DNA of 46,233 bases from a virus. Lineage: Duplodnaviria > Heunggongvirae > Uroviricota > Caudoviricetes. The notes below the pieces were generated by a model, which had not been told where the DNA came from, searched no databases, and saw nothing but the letters and a program-made list of their open reading frames with translations. Position 1 is the stretch's first letter. Each line of letters begins with the position of its first letter. The DNA lies in the IMG/VR virus record IMGVR_UViG_3300042887_002597, positions 1 through 46,233 of that record. One strand, written 5' to 3'. Shown piece by piece: positions 1 through 9,964 of this stretch. A program made the translations under genes and the position numbers.

Positions 1-59
1 TCTAATGCAAGTACTAATCCATTAGTAACTATTGGAGGTGTATTTTTGTATATAGCCAT
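1..59 (-). CDS. Partial CDS (5' end), probable LamG-associated virion protein
   Basis: ATG at 59 directly after the stop of the upstream fibre gene. Translates MAIYKNTPPIVTNGLVLAL, the IVTxGLVLxLD opening typical of phage LamG-type proteins. Runs off the window. Confidence 0.55.
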   Translation of the reverse strand, partial: MAIYKNTPPIVTNGLVLAL

Positions 60-61
60 AA

Positions 62-3000
62 TTAAGCAAAACTTGAACTTCTATATCTTGTTCCATCATA
101 TATAAATAACAACGATCCACTCCAATAAGCACTTCCTGTTTGTGGAGCAACTGATTGAGATAAAGGTAGTATGAAGCTACCACTCACTCTCATGGTACCG
201 TAAATGTTTACTTGTGTACCAGTCTTCTCAAATACTTTATTTGGGAAGTCGTATATATTAACATCCCAGTTACTTGTAGCCTCTATAATTGGAATACCAG
301 ATACATCATTTACCATGTAAATACTTCCGGATGTAACATCTGTTACTGTTAATTGACTACCAGCACTTGTTGATCCAAAATCAGCTATTATATTTGTTCC
401 GCCCGTTGCTACTGCAGATGATTGTGTAAAGGTTGCTGCTACTCGGAATGCTGTTTCTGTTTGCGATCCTGTTGTTTGGAAGAATGTAGGTGCAATGTTT
501 ACACCGTAGTATTGTCCTCCAACTACGTTACTAGCTGATATAATAGGTGATATACTAAATGCAGATTGTGATGCTGCAAGTGTTATGGTAGGTGAAGTAA
601 ATGATACTTGACCATTGTCTAAAACAGATAATAGGTTTGTTGGTGTACTGTTTTGGAGTAGGAATGTGGTTGTAGCTGATGTTGCGCCTGAGCCACGTAC
701 TTGGAGAAGGGAAGTTGGGGATAAAGTTCCCATTCCTATTCCTACAAGTCCTGTTTCTGAAATACTGATTCTAGTGACATTGGCTGTATTTAATCTAAAA
801 GGATCACTACCATTAGTTCCTATATCCATGTTAGAACCTAAATATCTTACATATCCAGTTAGCCCAGCTGTTGGTCTAACAAGTGTTATTTGTGATCCTG
901 CAGAACCCGAAATTCTTATTGAACCAGTAGTGGTGCTTTGAATGTCTAGAGTATTTGTAGGTGTACTCGTCCCAATCCCTACTCGACCGCTTCCACTTAC
1001 AAATAATATACTTGACGAGGCAGGTGAATCTACTCTTAGTAAAGCAGAGTTTGATGAACCTGAGACGTGTAATGTTGCTGTAGGAGCAATTGTTCCTATA
1101 CCTATACTACCGGTAGGAAAGTTAACACTACCCGTACCTTTTGCTATGATATTCAATGAAACATTACCAAGTACTGTACTTTCTGGTTGGATTCTTGGAT
1201 TACTGCCAGTAACACTGTTGGCTATTAGGACGTAATTAGTAGGGCTATTTGCTACTGAGTTTCCTGACGAAAACGCTAATCCTGTGTTTCCAGTACTGGA
1301 ATCTTTTAATGTTATGCTTGAAAATGGAAATCTCCAGGAATCTGTGTAAATTAATAATGGAGCTGTTCCATTTACTTGTAAACCGACAGCTCCATCTGGG
1401 TTACGGCTTAGACCTGAATTTGTACTTCCTATAAACGAGTATTGTGGTGTTGAGGTGATTGGTGCTAGTATTTGAGATCCCGATACTATCAATGAGCCAG
1501 TTATGGTTAATCCACTTGTAACTCTTGCGTTACCACTTACATCTAATTTATAACCAGAATCTGTTGATGTGTTTATTAAAACATTGCCAGTTGTTGCGGC
1601 TACTGCCAATCTTATAACTCCTGTTTGAAAAAATCTTATTGGAGTGCCTGTACTACTATATAGATCAAAACCCACATCTCCATTGTATGCAAAGCCTTGA
1701 GTTGATGTATTTAGTATTGCCCAGTTTGAATTACTAAAAGTAATTCCAGTACTTGAAGTACTCCCTGATATCGTTAGTAAACCTGTTCTCGTCGTTCCAT
1801 TCACATCCAACCTATAACCTGCGTCTGTTGTTGTGCCAATTAAGAAGTTATTACTACTATTGAGCATTGCTCTCGTAACCCCAGCAAAATCCATTAATCG
1901 CACATTAAAACCAATCAAATCTAATGTAGATGTGTGTGCTGATAATACTCTTGAAAACACCCCATTGTAACGCAACGCAGTTGTGCCTATATTATGTGTT
2001 AAATCTGCTACTGGTACAATGGCTGTTGCTCTAATTGAGCCTGATACGTCTAATGAGATTGAAGATGATGGTGATGCTGTTCCAATCCCCACATTACCAC
2101 TACTGCTAACGTATAGCCAGTTGCTGCCAATCGTAACGCTTCCAGAAGCATCCTCAAATATACCAGAAGAGGTAATATGATCACCTCCCTGTCCTTTCAT
2201 TAAAGCGTTGCTGGTAGTGCCTACTTCGTTGCCTAAGCCACTACTGTTTCTTGGACCTGATATTAGCATACCTCCAGAGTACATGCTACCAGATGCATTT
2301 TGGTATATCCACTTATTGTTTAAAGAATCCCAAAGTAGGGATGCAGTTGCTTCGTGAGAAAAGGACCCCGAGTCATATACTATTAAACCTCCAAATCTTT
2401 CAGCTGGTTCTCCGACGTTTACTGATATGGTATTAGTTCCTACATCTAAAGTCGATGCTGATGTATATGTAATAGATGCTGTTCCAAATACCTCCAAGTT
2501 ACCTATTATGGTAATTGTTTCAGTAGATGGATTTACGGCTATACTTGTTGCATTTGGATTACCTATTGTGTAGGTTGTGTTTTGGAAATCCAAATCCAAC
2601 CCTACGTTTTGTCCAGCATTATAGGTTTTAATTGTAGAGTTGTTGTTGTTAACCTCTAAAGTAACCTCATTACTATTTCCAATATCAACTACGTTTGGTG
2701 AAAACAATTCAACACTTCCTGCTCCATAATCAGATACACGAACTAAGTTTGTACCACCTAATTGGTATAAGTCATTTGCAAAACTCACACCCTGTCCAAC
2801 TATACTTCCGCTAAAAACAGCTGGACCTATGTTGGTAAATGTGCTTGAGCCTGATATAGTAAATGATCCTGATACTTGTATGCTGCTTGTTGTTGTAAAT
2901 GTGTTGGTATCTACTTTGTCAAATGGTAGTGATGGACCAACTGGCCCTTGCTCTCCTGTATCTCCTTTAGGTCCTTGTGGTCCTAATGTGTTGACAGTCA

Positions 3001-3211
3001 CAACCTCATACGATCTATCAGACACTTCAACAATGTTTGGTTGAGAGTCTGTTGTGGTTACATCTACATGTACTTGCGTTGGTGCTACCTCTATCGCTGT
3101 ATCAAGTATTCTCGATACAACAACGGTAGTTCCTTCAGCGTCAGTAACGTGTACTGTGTTGTTAGTGGTATTTATTACCACTATGTTTTGATCAGATGAT
3201 GCTGTAGACAT
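62..3211 (-). CDS. Tail fibre protein (1049 aa)
   Basis: Short collagen run (GPQGPKGDTGEQGPVGPS), about six GxVGIGT...LxVxG fibre repeats, S/T/G-rich, located in the tail gene cluster. Confidence 0.8.
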   Translation of the reverse strand: MSTASSDQNIVVINTTNNTVHVTDAEGTTVVVSRILDTAIEVAPTQVHVDVTTTDSQPNIVEVSDRSYEVVTVNTLGPQGPKGDTGEQGPVGPSLPFDKVDTNTFTTTSSIQVSGSFTISGSSTFTNIGPAVFSGSIVGQGVSFANDLYQLGGTNLVRVSDYGAGSVELFSPNVVDIGNSNEVTLEVNNNNSTIKTYNAGQNVGLDLDFQNTTYTIGNPNATSIAVNPSTETITIIGNLEVFGTASITYTSASTLDVGTNTISVNVGEPAERFGGLIVYDSGSFSHEATASLLWDSLNNKWIYQNASGSMYSGGMLISGPRNSSGLGNEVGTTSNALMKGQGGDHITSSGIFEDASGSVTIGSNWLYVSSSGNVGIGTASPSSSISLDVSGSIRATAIVPVADLTHNIGTTALRYNGVFSRVLSAHTSTLDLIGFNVRLMDFAGVTRAMLNSSNNFLIGTTTDAGYRLDVNGTTRTGLLTISGSTSSTGITFSNSNWAILNTSTQGFAYNGDVGFDLYSSTGTPIRFFQTGVIRLAVAATTGNVLINTSTDSGYKLDVSGNARVTSGLTITGSLIVSGSQILAPITSTPQYSFIGSTNSGLSRNPDGAVGLQVNGTAPLLIYTDSWRFPFSSITLKDSSTGNTGLAFSSGNSVANSPTNYVLIANSVTGSNPRIQPESTVLGNVSLNIIAKGTGSVNFPTGSIGIGTIAPTATLHVSGSSNSALLRVDSPASSSILFVSGSGRVGIGTSTPTNTLDIQSTTTGSIRISGSAGSQITLVRPTAGLTGYVRYLGSNMDIGTNGSDPFRLNTANVTRISISETGLVGIGMGTLSPTSLLQVRGSGATSATTTFLLQNSTPTNLLSVLDNGQVSFTSPTITLAASQSAFSISPIISASNVVGGQYYGVNIAPTFFQTTGSQTETAFRVAATFTQSSAVATGGTNIIADFGSTSAGSQLTVTDVTSGSIYMVNDVSGIPIIEATSNWDVNIYDFPNKVFEKTGTQVNIYGTMRVSGSFILPLSQSVAPQTGSAYWSGSLLFIYDGTRYRSSSFA
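2148..2503. repeat. Dispersed ~356-bp repeat, copy A (module shared by two fibre genes)
   Basis: Aligns with 8825..9180, including identical stretches tcaaatataccagaagaggtaatatg (26 nt) and gcattttggtatatccactt (20 nt). The encoded peptides are near-identical. Confidence 0.85.
2930..2983 (-). repeat. Collagen-like Gly-X-Y run (6 triplets)
   Basis: GPQ GPK GDT GEQ GPV GPS. Confidence 0.85.
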
Positions 3212-3222
3212 TGTTTGTTATT

Positions 3223-6015
3223 TTAGAAGAATATCATTTGTCTCCAGAATGGTGTGTCGTTATGACGCATAACATACAAGTAATCTAAACCATCCTCAGT
3301 TTTCTTAATCCACATTCTTCGACCTTGACGAGCTGTAGACATACCTGCTGGTATTAAACCTGCTACTTCTGAGCGATCGTTATCAGTATCGATGTATATT
3401 ATACGAGCAGTTGCATTGGGTTGTATGTATATTCTTCCTTTTCCATTGTATGCATACATTGTTCCTGTCGTTAAGTTTTCTCCAGTCATGTGATTAAACG
3501 GCATAACAAATGGAGTCTCATACTGCATTGTACCAATGTTATACTTTTGGAAACGCATTGTTGAACCTGCCTCAAAGCAATATATGTACTTTCCTAAAGT
3601 CTGTCTTGGTGTTAGTGTTTCGTTTGCTGTTCCATATACCCACTTTAAATCAGCACCACCAGCACCTGATGTGGTTGATGTTGTGTTTCTTGGTTGGATT
3701 GGTAATATGCTGTAAACAGTTGTTGTATCAGGTGCGGTTGTTACTGCTGTAAACGTTAGTGTAGTAGCGGTGTTGGCTGTGATAGGCGTTTCTTGTCCAG
3801 CTCCATTTCCTGCTACAAACTTTAAACGAGCACCTGCCCAGAAGTTGCTTGGCCAGCTCTTATTTATGTCTGTTAATGTGGTTGTGGTACCTGCAGTTGT
3901 TGGCACTCCATGTCCCCACGTCAAGCTCGTATCAAATGATGCTGTAAAGTTTGTTGTTGTTGCTGCAGCGTTTGCACTAAGTGACAGCGTTACAAAAGAT
4001 GGATTGGTAGTACTATCGTAAGAGCGATAGAATGTATTTGCTGGTATAGGTTGTGTGCCAGTACTAATTGTTCCACTAATAGGAGCTCCAATTGGAATTT
4101 GTGCAAGAATACTTCCTGTCCGGCTTGCTGATACAAATAGATATGGTTGTCCCGATATGGTACTTCCTGTGATGGCGTAGCTGCTAGTTCCTGTAGCGTA
4201 GCTGGTGTCTAATCCGTAGCTTGCTCCAAATGAAGCTGATTTGCATATGTTGTATCCCCAAATGTTTGAAGTTATGGCTGAGTATGCTAGTCCTACTGTG
4301 ATTGACTGTGATGTGTTCGCTGTAATCCTTCGAAGAGCTGTTGTTGGTGCAGTTGGTGATGATGATATTATTTGTAATACTTGACCTACAAACTCATTCT
4401 CCTTCCAGTTTTTAGAAGCATCATACATCGTTACGGTTGAATGTGCATTAAATGTTGCGTTTGCAGACGGTGTTCCAGACATCCAATAGGTAAATTGTGT
4501 TGGTTGTGTAGTACCAGTCAACGTAGCACTTAGTGGATATGAACTTGTCACGGTAAACATTCCATTATAGTATTGTGAATCTGATCCTAGTGCTCCTGAA
4601 ACATATATTCTATCTCCAGTTATAAAAGGATGTCCAGTGATAGTCGTTACCGTTGCAACTTGTCCAGTTCTTGTGATTGTTGATAGTGGATGCATAGCCT
4701 CATAGCTACTTGAAAACCTAGCGTATGCTACATTTACCACTCCATCATCATATCGTTGAGATGGTAGCCATGTGTTAGTTCTTGTAGAAAATTGCGTCAT
4801 TGTGGAGAAGTTTCCACCGTTCATATACATTTTATCGCTATCTGCTACAATCTCATAATCATTGCCTGCGGTTGGCACAAAGTCTAAATCCCCCTTGAAG
4901 TATAGTGTTGTTGTGTCATTAGATACAATATGTTTCTCATATCCGTTTGCTTTATTAACAAGTCTGTAGTTTGCCCACTGATTTGTGCTCCAAGTCTTTG
5001 TGTTATCGCTAAATGAGCGTGTAGTAGCTGCTGTAGCGGATCCTGTCTCCAAAGCTCCAATCAACGATCCATCAATACTTTCTACTTGCAACTCCGTGCT
5101 TGCTAAGTATTGTGGTAAGTGACCGGTAGCGACGTGTCCTGCTAACCAGCTTGCGTATAGTGGATCGTATATGTAGTGTGTGTATAATGCGTTTGAAGAT
5201 ATATTTGCGATATGATGCAGCATTCCAGTTTGTATCTCAAATCTTGACGAGTAGTCCATGTCTACAGGCCATGGTTGGTCCACCGTAATGGTGTCGGCTT
5301 GGATCACAGCTCTTGATGCATATGATGTACCTGGTGAGAGTATGTTGGCATCGAATACCTGATTGTATGCTAAGTTTGGGTCAATTGCATGCCATTCCGC
5401 ATTTGCAAAATACAAAGTATCGTTGTTGTTGTATAATATTCGTCTAACAAAGAATTGCTGGCTGGTTCCTAGGTATACTCTCAACTGATAACCTCTCCAT
5501 TGATTTGGAATCCACTTTTTAGATGAGTCTGTGATGTAGGTTGTTGTGGTAGCTGAGTTTGCGAAGCCAGTTACTGTTAGGTACTCAATATCTACGGGTC
5601 TTGATGACGATACTATTGTTCTTACAGCACCTCTTCCAGGTCCAGTTACTACTTTTATTTTTAATCCTACTACAGCACTTTCGTTAATAAACGATCCTGT
5701 TGCCACAAGACTACCGCCTGTAGCACTAATAAACCTTCCTGCGTGACCATCGTCTGTTTTCCAAGCTGCAGTTACTGTACTTGTTACTCCGACTGGGACT
5801 GTGGCTCCATAATATGACCATGCATCTGAGTACATGTCGTATCTCCAGAAGTCTTGGCCGTTTATTGCGTATGCGTATCTATGCTGCCAGCTACCAGTAT
5901 CTCCAGCTGGAGTTGTTATTACTACGTTTGTAGCTGCTGTTGTGAATGGCGAGTATCTCATCCACTCCCATACAGGTTGATCTACTATCTTTCTAAGTCT
6001 ATTTACTAATGCCAT
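3223..6015 (-). CDS. Large virion/receptor-binding protein with beta-propeller-like ends and internal repeats (930 aa)
   Basis: Kelch-like blades at both ends (FWRYDMYSDAW; FQKYNIGTMQY), four TxxxD.xKxWxxNxW repeats, and an FCCH-like segment (ITRTGQVATVTTITGHPFITGDRIYVSGA). Sits among fibre genes. Confidence 0.6.
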   Translation of the reverse strand: MALVNRLRKIVDQPVWEWMRYSPFTTAATNVVITTPAGDTGSWQHRYAYAINGQDFWRYDMYSDAWSYYGATVPVGVTSTVTAAWKTDDGHAGRFISATGGSLVATGSFINESAVVGLKIKVVTGPGRGAVRTIVSSSRPVDIEYLTVTGFANSATTTTYITDSSKKWIPNQWRGYQLRVYLGTSQQFFVRRILYNNNDTLYFANAEWHAIDPNLAYNQVFDANILSPGTSYASRAVIQADTITVDQPWPVDMDYSSRFEIQTGMLHHIANISSNALYTHYIYDPLYASWLAGHVATGHLPQYLASTELQVESIDGSLIGALETGSATAATTRSFSDNTKTWSTNQWANYRLVNKANGYEKHIVSNDTTTLYFKGDLDFVPTAGNDYEIVADSDKMYMNGGNFSTMTQFSTRTNTWLPSQRYDDGVVNVAYARFSSSYEAMHPLSTITRTGQVATVTTITGHPFITGDRIYVSGALGSDSQYYNGMFTVTSSYPLSATLTGTTQPTQFTYWMSGTPSANATFNAHSTVTMYDASKNWKENEFVGQVLQIISSSPTAPTTALRRITANTSQSITVGLAYSAITSNIWGYNICKSASFGASYGLDTSYATGTSSYAITGSTISGQPYLFVSASRTGSILAQIPIGAPISGTISTGTQPIPANTFYRSYDSTTNPSFVTLSLSANAAATTTNFTASFDTSLTWGHGVPTTAGTTTTLTDINKSWPSNFWAGARLKFVAGNGAGQETPITANTATTLTFTAVTTAPDTTTVYSILPIQPRNTTSTTSGAGGADLKWVYGTANETLTPRQTLGKYIYCFEAGSTMRFQKYNIGTMQYETPFVMPFNHMTGENLTTGTMYAYNGKGRIYIQPNATARIIYIDTDNDRSEVAGLIPAGMSTARQGRRMWIKKTEDGLDYLYVMRHNDTPFWRQMIFF

Positions 6016-6018
6016 ATA

Positions 6019-6537
6019 TTAACTAAATTCTAAGTTTCTTCTTATCATTGCGTATGATTGTCTTGATTGGGGAAAAAGAGTTGTTTCTGCTGCAGTTACA
6101 GTATTATTTTGTCCTCCCCCCATGTAAGTTTGATTGTGGTTACTAACTACAGCGGGAACCATAGAACTAATTTCTACTCTTTGTTGTCCTGTTGAGTTTG
6201 CGTTTGCAGATGGCTCCAATAATTTTATCATACGTCTTAATAGCTCTGTCTGCTCGTTAATTAGCTGTAGTGACTCGTCTGATGCCGGTGTTGCAATGTT
6301 ATCAAAGAAAATTTGCAGCTTGTCTGTGCTTGACATTGAGGTCGTGTCGTAATCTAATGTTAGCACATTGCTAGCAATATTTCCTCCTGCATTAGGATCT
6401 GCGAAGTTGTATACAATTTGGTTTGTTGTGACATTGGTGATTATCAACAACTGCTCCAATGTGATGGTATCTGTTGTGTTAAATGTAACTGTTTTAGCAG
6501 TTGCATCAAAACTGTAGTTCTCGAATAATACCTTCAT
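6019..6537 (-). CDS. Tail-fibre-associated adaptor-like protein (172 aa; start revised to MKVLFENY)
   Basis: The ATG at 6537 is 9 nt downstream of the conserved motif (6547..6554). The ORF track's 6567 start has no such support. Beta-rich N-domain followed by a short coiled coil. Confidence 0.6.
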   Translation of the reverse strand: MKVLFENYSFDATAKTVTFNTTDTITLEQLLIITNVTTNQIVYNFADPNAGGNIASNVLTLDYDTTSMSSTDKLQIFFDNIATPASDESLQLINEQTELLRRMIKLLEPSANANSTGQQRVEISSMVPAVVSNHNQTYMGGGQNNTVTAAETTLFPQSRQSYAMIRRNLEFS

Positions 6538-6567
6538 GATTTTTCTAATAAATATACAACAAAACAA

Positions 6568-9500
6568 TTAACCTAGCGCTATTGCATAAGCAATAGATAG
6601 TGCTTGTAGACTGACTCCGTTTTGCTTTACATCACCTTGTACGTCTAATGATCCGGTTACTTGTACACTATCTGTAAACCTTCCACTACCGCTTACGTCC
6701 AAAGTAAATTGCTGTTGCACTCCAGCTGAACTATCCACTCCTATAAAAGTAGGACGTTGAATGTAGTTAGCATCGTATCTAAAATTTACGAGGCTATTGC
6801 TTGAACCACTTACTAATCTTAAAAATGATGAGGATTCTGAAGACAATGTACTGAATATGCTAAATCCATCATTTCCTGAGTTTAGGTTGAGGCTTATAGT
6901 TTTACCGTCGTTATCTCTTTTTGTGAGATACAATGATCCTTCTTCAGTAGTTAGAACTTTACCAAGCCCAATAATATATTCATTTTTTCCATAGCTACCG
7001 CTAAATACACCATTTTGATTAGTCGCTAAAGATGGAGATCCCCCAATAGCAGCTGCGTTCGTATATTGAGTACCTATGGTTACAAAATCCGAACCTGTAG
7101 CTATAATTTGGGAGTTTCCTTTATATGGGAAACTCAATCCAAATGCTGGTATGTATAGGTTTCCTTCGTTAAGACCATTTATGTAAGTACCATCAGTGTC
7201 TGATCTAAATGCAGTTTGAGATCCTGAGAAGGCGATTGAGTTCCAACCAATCCCACTTGCATAAAATGATCCAACTGAGAAGCTTGATGATGTGTTAGAT
7301 TGTATTTTTACAGACGTGGAATCTAGTACATTAGTAAAACTTCCTGTAATCGTCAATCCATTAGTAAAGTTTCCACTACCACTTACATTTAACCTATATC
7401 CCGGATCTGTTGTTGTGCCTATAAGAACATTGCTAGTTGTGCTAATAGCTAAAGCAGGGGTAGTAAATGTCGTTCCGCCGTCTACTGTTGAAGGAGTTAT
7501 ACTAAAGTTTTGTCCACGTAATCCTACACTTAATTCCCAGTTTTTAAAAGAGCTATTATATCCAAGCATTTTAAATGTAGCTCCATAGTTACCCGACGGG
7601 GAAGGACCTAATTGTAAGTTTGAGACAGCTGTTGTGTTACCTACAATTAAATCACTTACAAATCTACCTGAGCCACTTACGTCTAATTTATATCCCGCAT
7701 CCGTTGTTGTGCCTATAGCTACATTACCATTAGCAAAGATTCTTGCGCGTTCAGTATTGTTTGTGCCCAAAATTAAATCACCTGCATTGAATGTTCCAAT
7801 GGCAAGTTTTTTAGTTGCGTCAGATGTTGCTTGCGCGAATAAAGCGTGTAAATTAGTTCTATTAACTCCAAACAAAGTACCACTGGCAGCAGAGCCATAA
7901 GAGTTAATAGCAAGATAATCATTTTGATCGTTACGCGCCATTAATCGAACTTGTCCTGCGTTGTTAAAATTCTTAAAATCTAACCCCGAAATCAAAGAAC
8001 TATTTGCGGCAATACCCACAGCCATATCAAAATTAATAGTATCAATTTGGCTGTAAACTTGATTACTTTGTTGTATTGTAAATTTTACAGCAGGTGTAGT
8101 TGTACCAATACCTACATTACCACTTCCACTCACGAATAAGGCAGGACCTGCAGAAGAGCTTACTACCAACAATGCTTGTGAGGTTGAGCCACTTATATGT
8201 AATCTTGCTGTAGGCACTCTAGTTCCAATACCTATACTTCCAGAAACTGATAAGCCATATGCCGGTGGTGATCCGGTTGTTCCTCCAATAGTAAATCCAC
8301 CGATAGACATACCATTGTTTGGGGAAAACACAAAGTTATCACTTAGAGAACTCGAAGGGCTAATTAAAATTTCCCCGTTTAGATAGTTATAACTTCCATA
8401 AATTCTGCCGCCTCCATAACCGTTAATGTCGTATAAAAACATTCCACCGCCTCGTTGAGTTATACTACCGGATATGAGTGTATTACCTACTACTTCTAAA
8501 GGTGCAGATGGTGCTATTGTTCCTATACCTACTCTCCCAGATCCATTTACAACAAATTTAGGAGTTGTGGAGTCAGCTACGTGTACTTGAAATTGTTTAA
8601 AAGAATCTGCGGTACCACCTTCAAATTTAAATCCAAATCTACCAAAGAAGTCGGCTGATGCTGCTGCGTTTGTGTAAAAATTCCATACACCTCTGTTTTG
8701 ATTAGCATTAGCTGAGCTTATATCGTATCGAGCTATTTCTCCTTGAGCTTGGTATTGATGATAGGTACCGTATAAATCTAAGGCGTAAGCAGGGGTATTG
8801 GTTCCAATACCGACATTACCACTAGCATCTTCAAATATACCAGAAGAGGTAATATGGTCTCCACCTTGCCCCTTCATTAAAGCATTTGTAGTAGTACCCT
8901 GCTCGTTGCCCATTGATCCTGTGTTTCTAGGACCGGATATTAGCATACCTCCTGAGTAGGTACTGCCACTAGCATTTTGGTATATCCACTTGTTGTTTAG
9001 CGAATCCCAAGATAGGCTTGCAGTTGCTAGATGCGATAAGGATCCAGAGTCGTAAACTTTTAATCCACCAAATCTCTCTCCTGGTTCTGCTACGTTCACT
9101 GAGATGTAGCTTGTTCCAACGTCTAGTTGAGATGCTGTTGTGTATGTGTAAGATGCTGTTCCAAACACATTAAGATTGCCAACTATGGTTACGTTTTGAT
9201 TGAGTTGGTTTACTGCATTAGCAGTTCCTGCTGTTGTTGCGTAGCTGGCTGTGTTTGCTTGTAAAGCGTAGGATGCTGTTGCTGCGTAGCTTGCTGTACT
9301 TGCACTCAACACCGTCATTGATCCGGTATTTGCGCTTATTATAATAGGCGATCCGGATACTTGGATGCTGCTTGTTGTGTTCCAAATACCATTTCCTAAA
9401 TCTACAAAAGGTGCTGATGATCCTGATAACCCTTGTATACCCTGAGGTCCAGTTGAACCTGATGGTCCTATAGAGCCAGAAGGACCTTGTGGACCTACTG

Positions 9501-9579
9501 AGCCTGATGGTCCCTGTAGACCTTGAGGGCCTACAGCTCCCTGGGGGCCTGCTGTATTTACAATTATGACCCTAGACAT
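6568..9579 (-). CDS. Tail fibre protein with collagen-like N-terminus (1003 aa)
   Basis: 14 Gly-X-Y triplets, six GxVGIGT-type repeats, C-terminal ALSIAYAIALG motif common at phage fibre C-termini. Confidence 0.8.
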   Translation of the reverse strand: MSRVIIVNTAGPQGAVGPQGLQGPSGSVGPQGPSGSIGPSGSTGPQGIQGLSGSSAPFVDLGNGIWNTTSSIQVSGSPIIISANTGSMTVLSASTASYAATASYALQANTASYATTAGTANAVNQLNQNVTIVGNLNVFGTASYTYTTASQLDVGTSYISVNVAEPGERFGGLKVYDSGSLSHLATASLSWDSLNNKWIYQNASGSTYSGGMLISGPRNTGSMGNEQGTTTNALMKGQGGDHITSSGIFEDASGNVGIGTNTPAYALDLYGTYHQYQAQGEIARYDISSANANQNRGVWNFYTNAAASADFFGRFGFKFEGGTADSFKQFQVHVADSTTPKFVVNGSGRVGIGTIAPSAPLEVVGNTLISGSITQRGGGMFLYDINGYGGGRIYGSYNYLNGEILISPSSSLSDNFVFSPNNGMSIGGFTIGGTTGSPPAYGLSVSGSIGIGTRVPTARLHISGSTSQALLVVSSSAGPALFVSGSGNVGIGTTTPAVKFTIQQSNQVYSQIDTINFDMAVGIAANSSLISGLDFKNFNNAGQVRLMARNDQNDYLAINSYGSAASGTLFGVNRTNLHALFAQATSDATKKLAIGTFNAGDLILGTNNTERARIFANGNVAIGTTTDAGYKLDVSGSGRFVSDLIVGNTTAVSNLQLGPSPSGNYGATFKMLGYNSSFKNWELSVGLRGQNFSITPSTVDGGTTFTTPALAISTTSNVLIGTTTDPGYRLNVSGSGNFTNGLTITGSFTNVLDSTSVKIQSNTSSSFSVGSFYASGIGWNSIAFSGSQTAFRSDTDGTYINGLNEGNLYIPAFGLSFPYKGNSQIIATGSDFVTIGTQYTNAAAIGGSPSLATNQNGVFSGSYGKNEYIIGLGKVLTTEEGSLYLTKRDNDGKTISLNLNSGNDGFSIFSTLSSESSSFLRLVSGSSNSLVNFRYDANYIQRPTFIGVDSSAGVQQQFTLDVSGSGRFTDSVQVTGSLDVQGDVKQNGVSLQALSIAYAIALG
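8825..9180. repeat. Dispersed ~356-bp repeat, copy B
   Basis: Homologous to 2148..2503 (encodes ...ERFGGLxVYDSGS...WDSLNNKWIYQNASGS...MKGQGGDHITSSGIFEDASG). Confidence 0.85.
9421..9549 (-). repeat. Collagen-like Gly-X-Y run (14 triplets)
   Basis: GPQGAVGPQGLQGPSGSVGPQGPSGSIGPSGSTGPQGIQGLSG. Confidence 0.9.
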
Positions 9580-9582
9580 TTA

Positions 9583-9963
9583 TTAACGGGTTACTTCTCT
9601 ACTCAATTTAACTCTTCCCTCTAACAACCTTGTTACGTAGCTTCCTGATTGTATTTCTATGTCATATACACCCTCATTGAAGGTGAATTGTGACGATGAT
9701 GCAGCTGAGATGTAGATTCCAATTGATCCTGATGTCGGTGGTGTTATACCATTGCTACCACTAAAGTTCAATCCAGTGCCATCTGCATCTCTTGAGCTGC
9801 TTAGGCTTACTATAGCAGTTGTACTTCCTACAGCCTCTCTTATTTGCATTCTACCTTGGTACAGGGTTAAATCGATAGGAGCATTTGCACTATCTTTGTA
9901 TTGTAGTTCTAATTGAAAGGTTGAACCTTGTTCTATTGTAAATGAGTATTTACCAGCTGCCAT
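9583..9963 (-). CDS. BppU-N-like fibre attachment/adaptor protein (126 aa)
   Basis: IEQGSTF...PIDLT..GRMQIR...GVYDIEI...RLLEGRV pattern, typical of Ig-like phage baseplate/fibre adaptor domains. Confidence 0.6.
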   Translation of the reverse strand: MAAGKYSFTIEQGSTFQLELQYKDSANAPIDLTLYQGRMQIREAVGSTTAIVSLSSSRDADGTGLNFSGSNGITPPTSGSIGIYISAASSSQFTFNEGVYDIEIQSGSYVTRLLEGRVKLSREVTR

Positions 9964-9964
9964 G

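Noticed and set aside
6538-6567. Extended N-terminus MFCCIFIRKI of the 6019..6567 ORF
   Set aside because: It overlaps the conserved upstream motif; the ATG at 6537 is better supported.
2148-9180. Diversity-generating retroelement (TR/VR pair) explanation for the fibre repeat
   Set aside because: Both copies are inside coding regions near the N-terminal part, differences look mostly synonymous rather than adenine-specific, and no reverse transcriptase is in the window.
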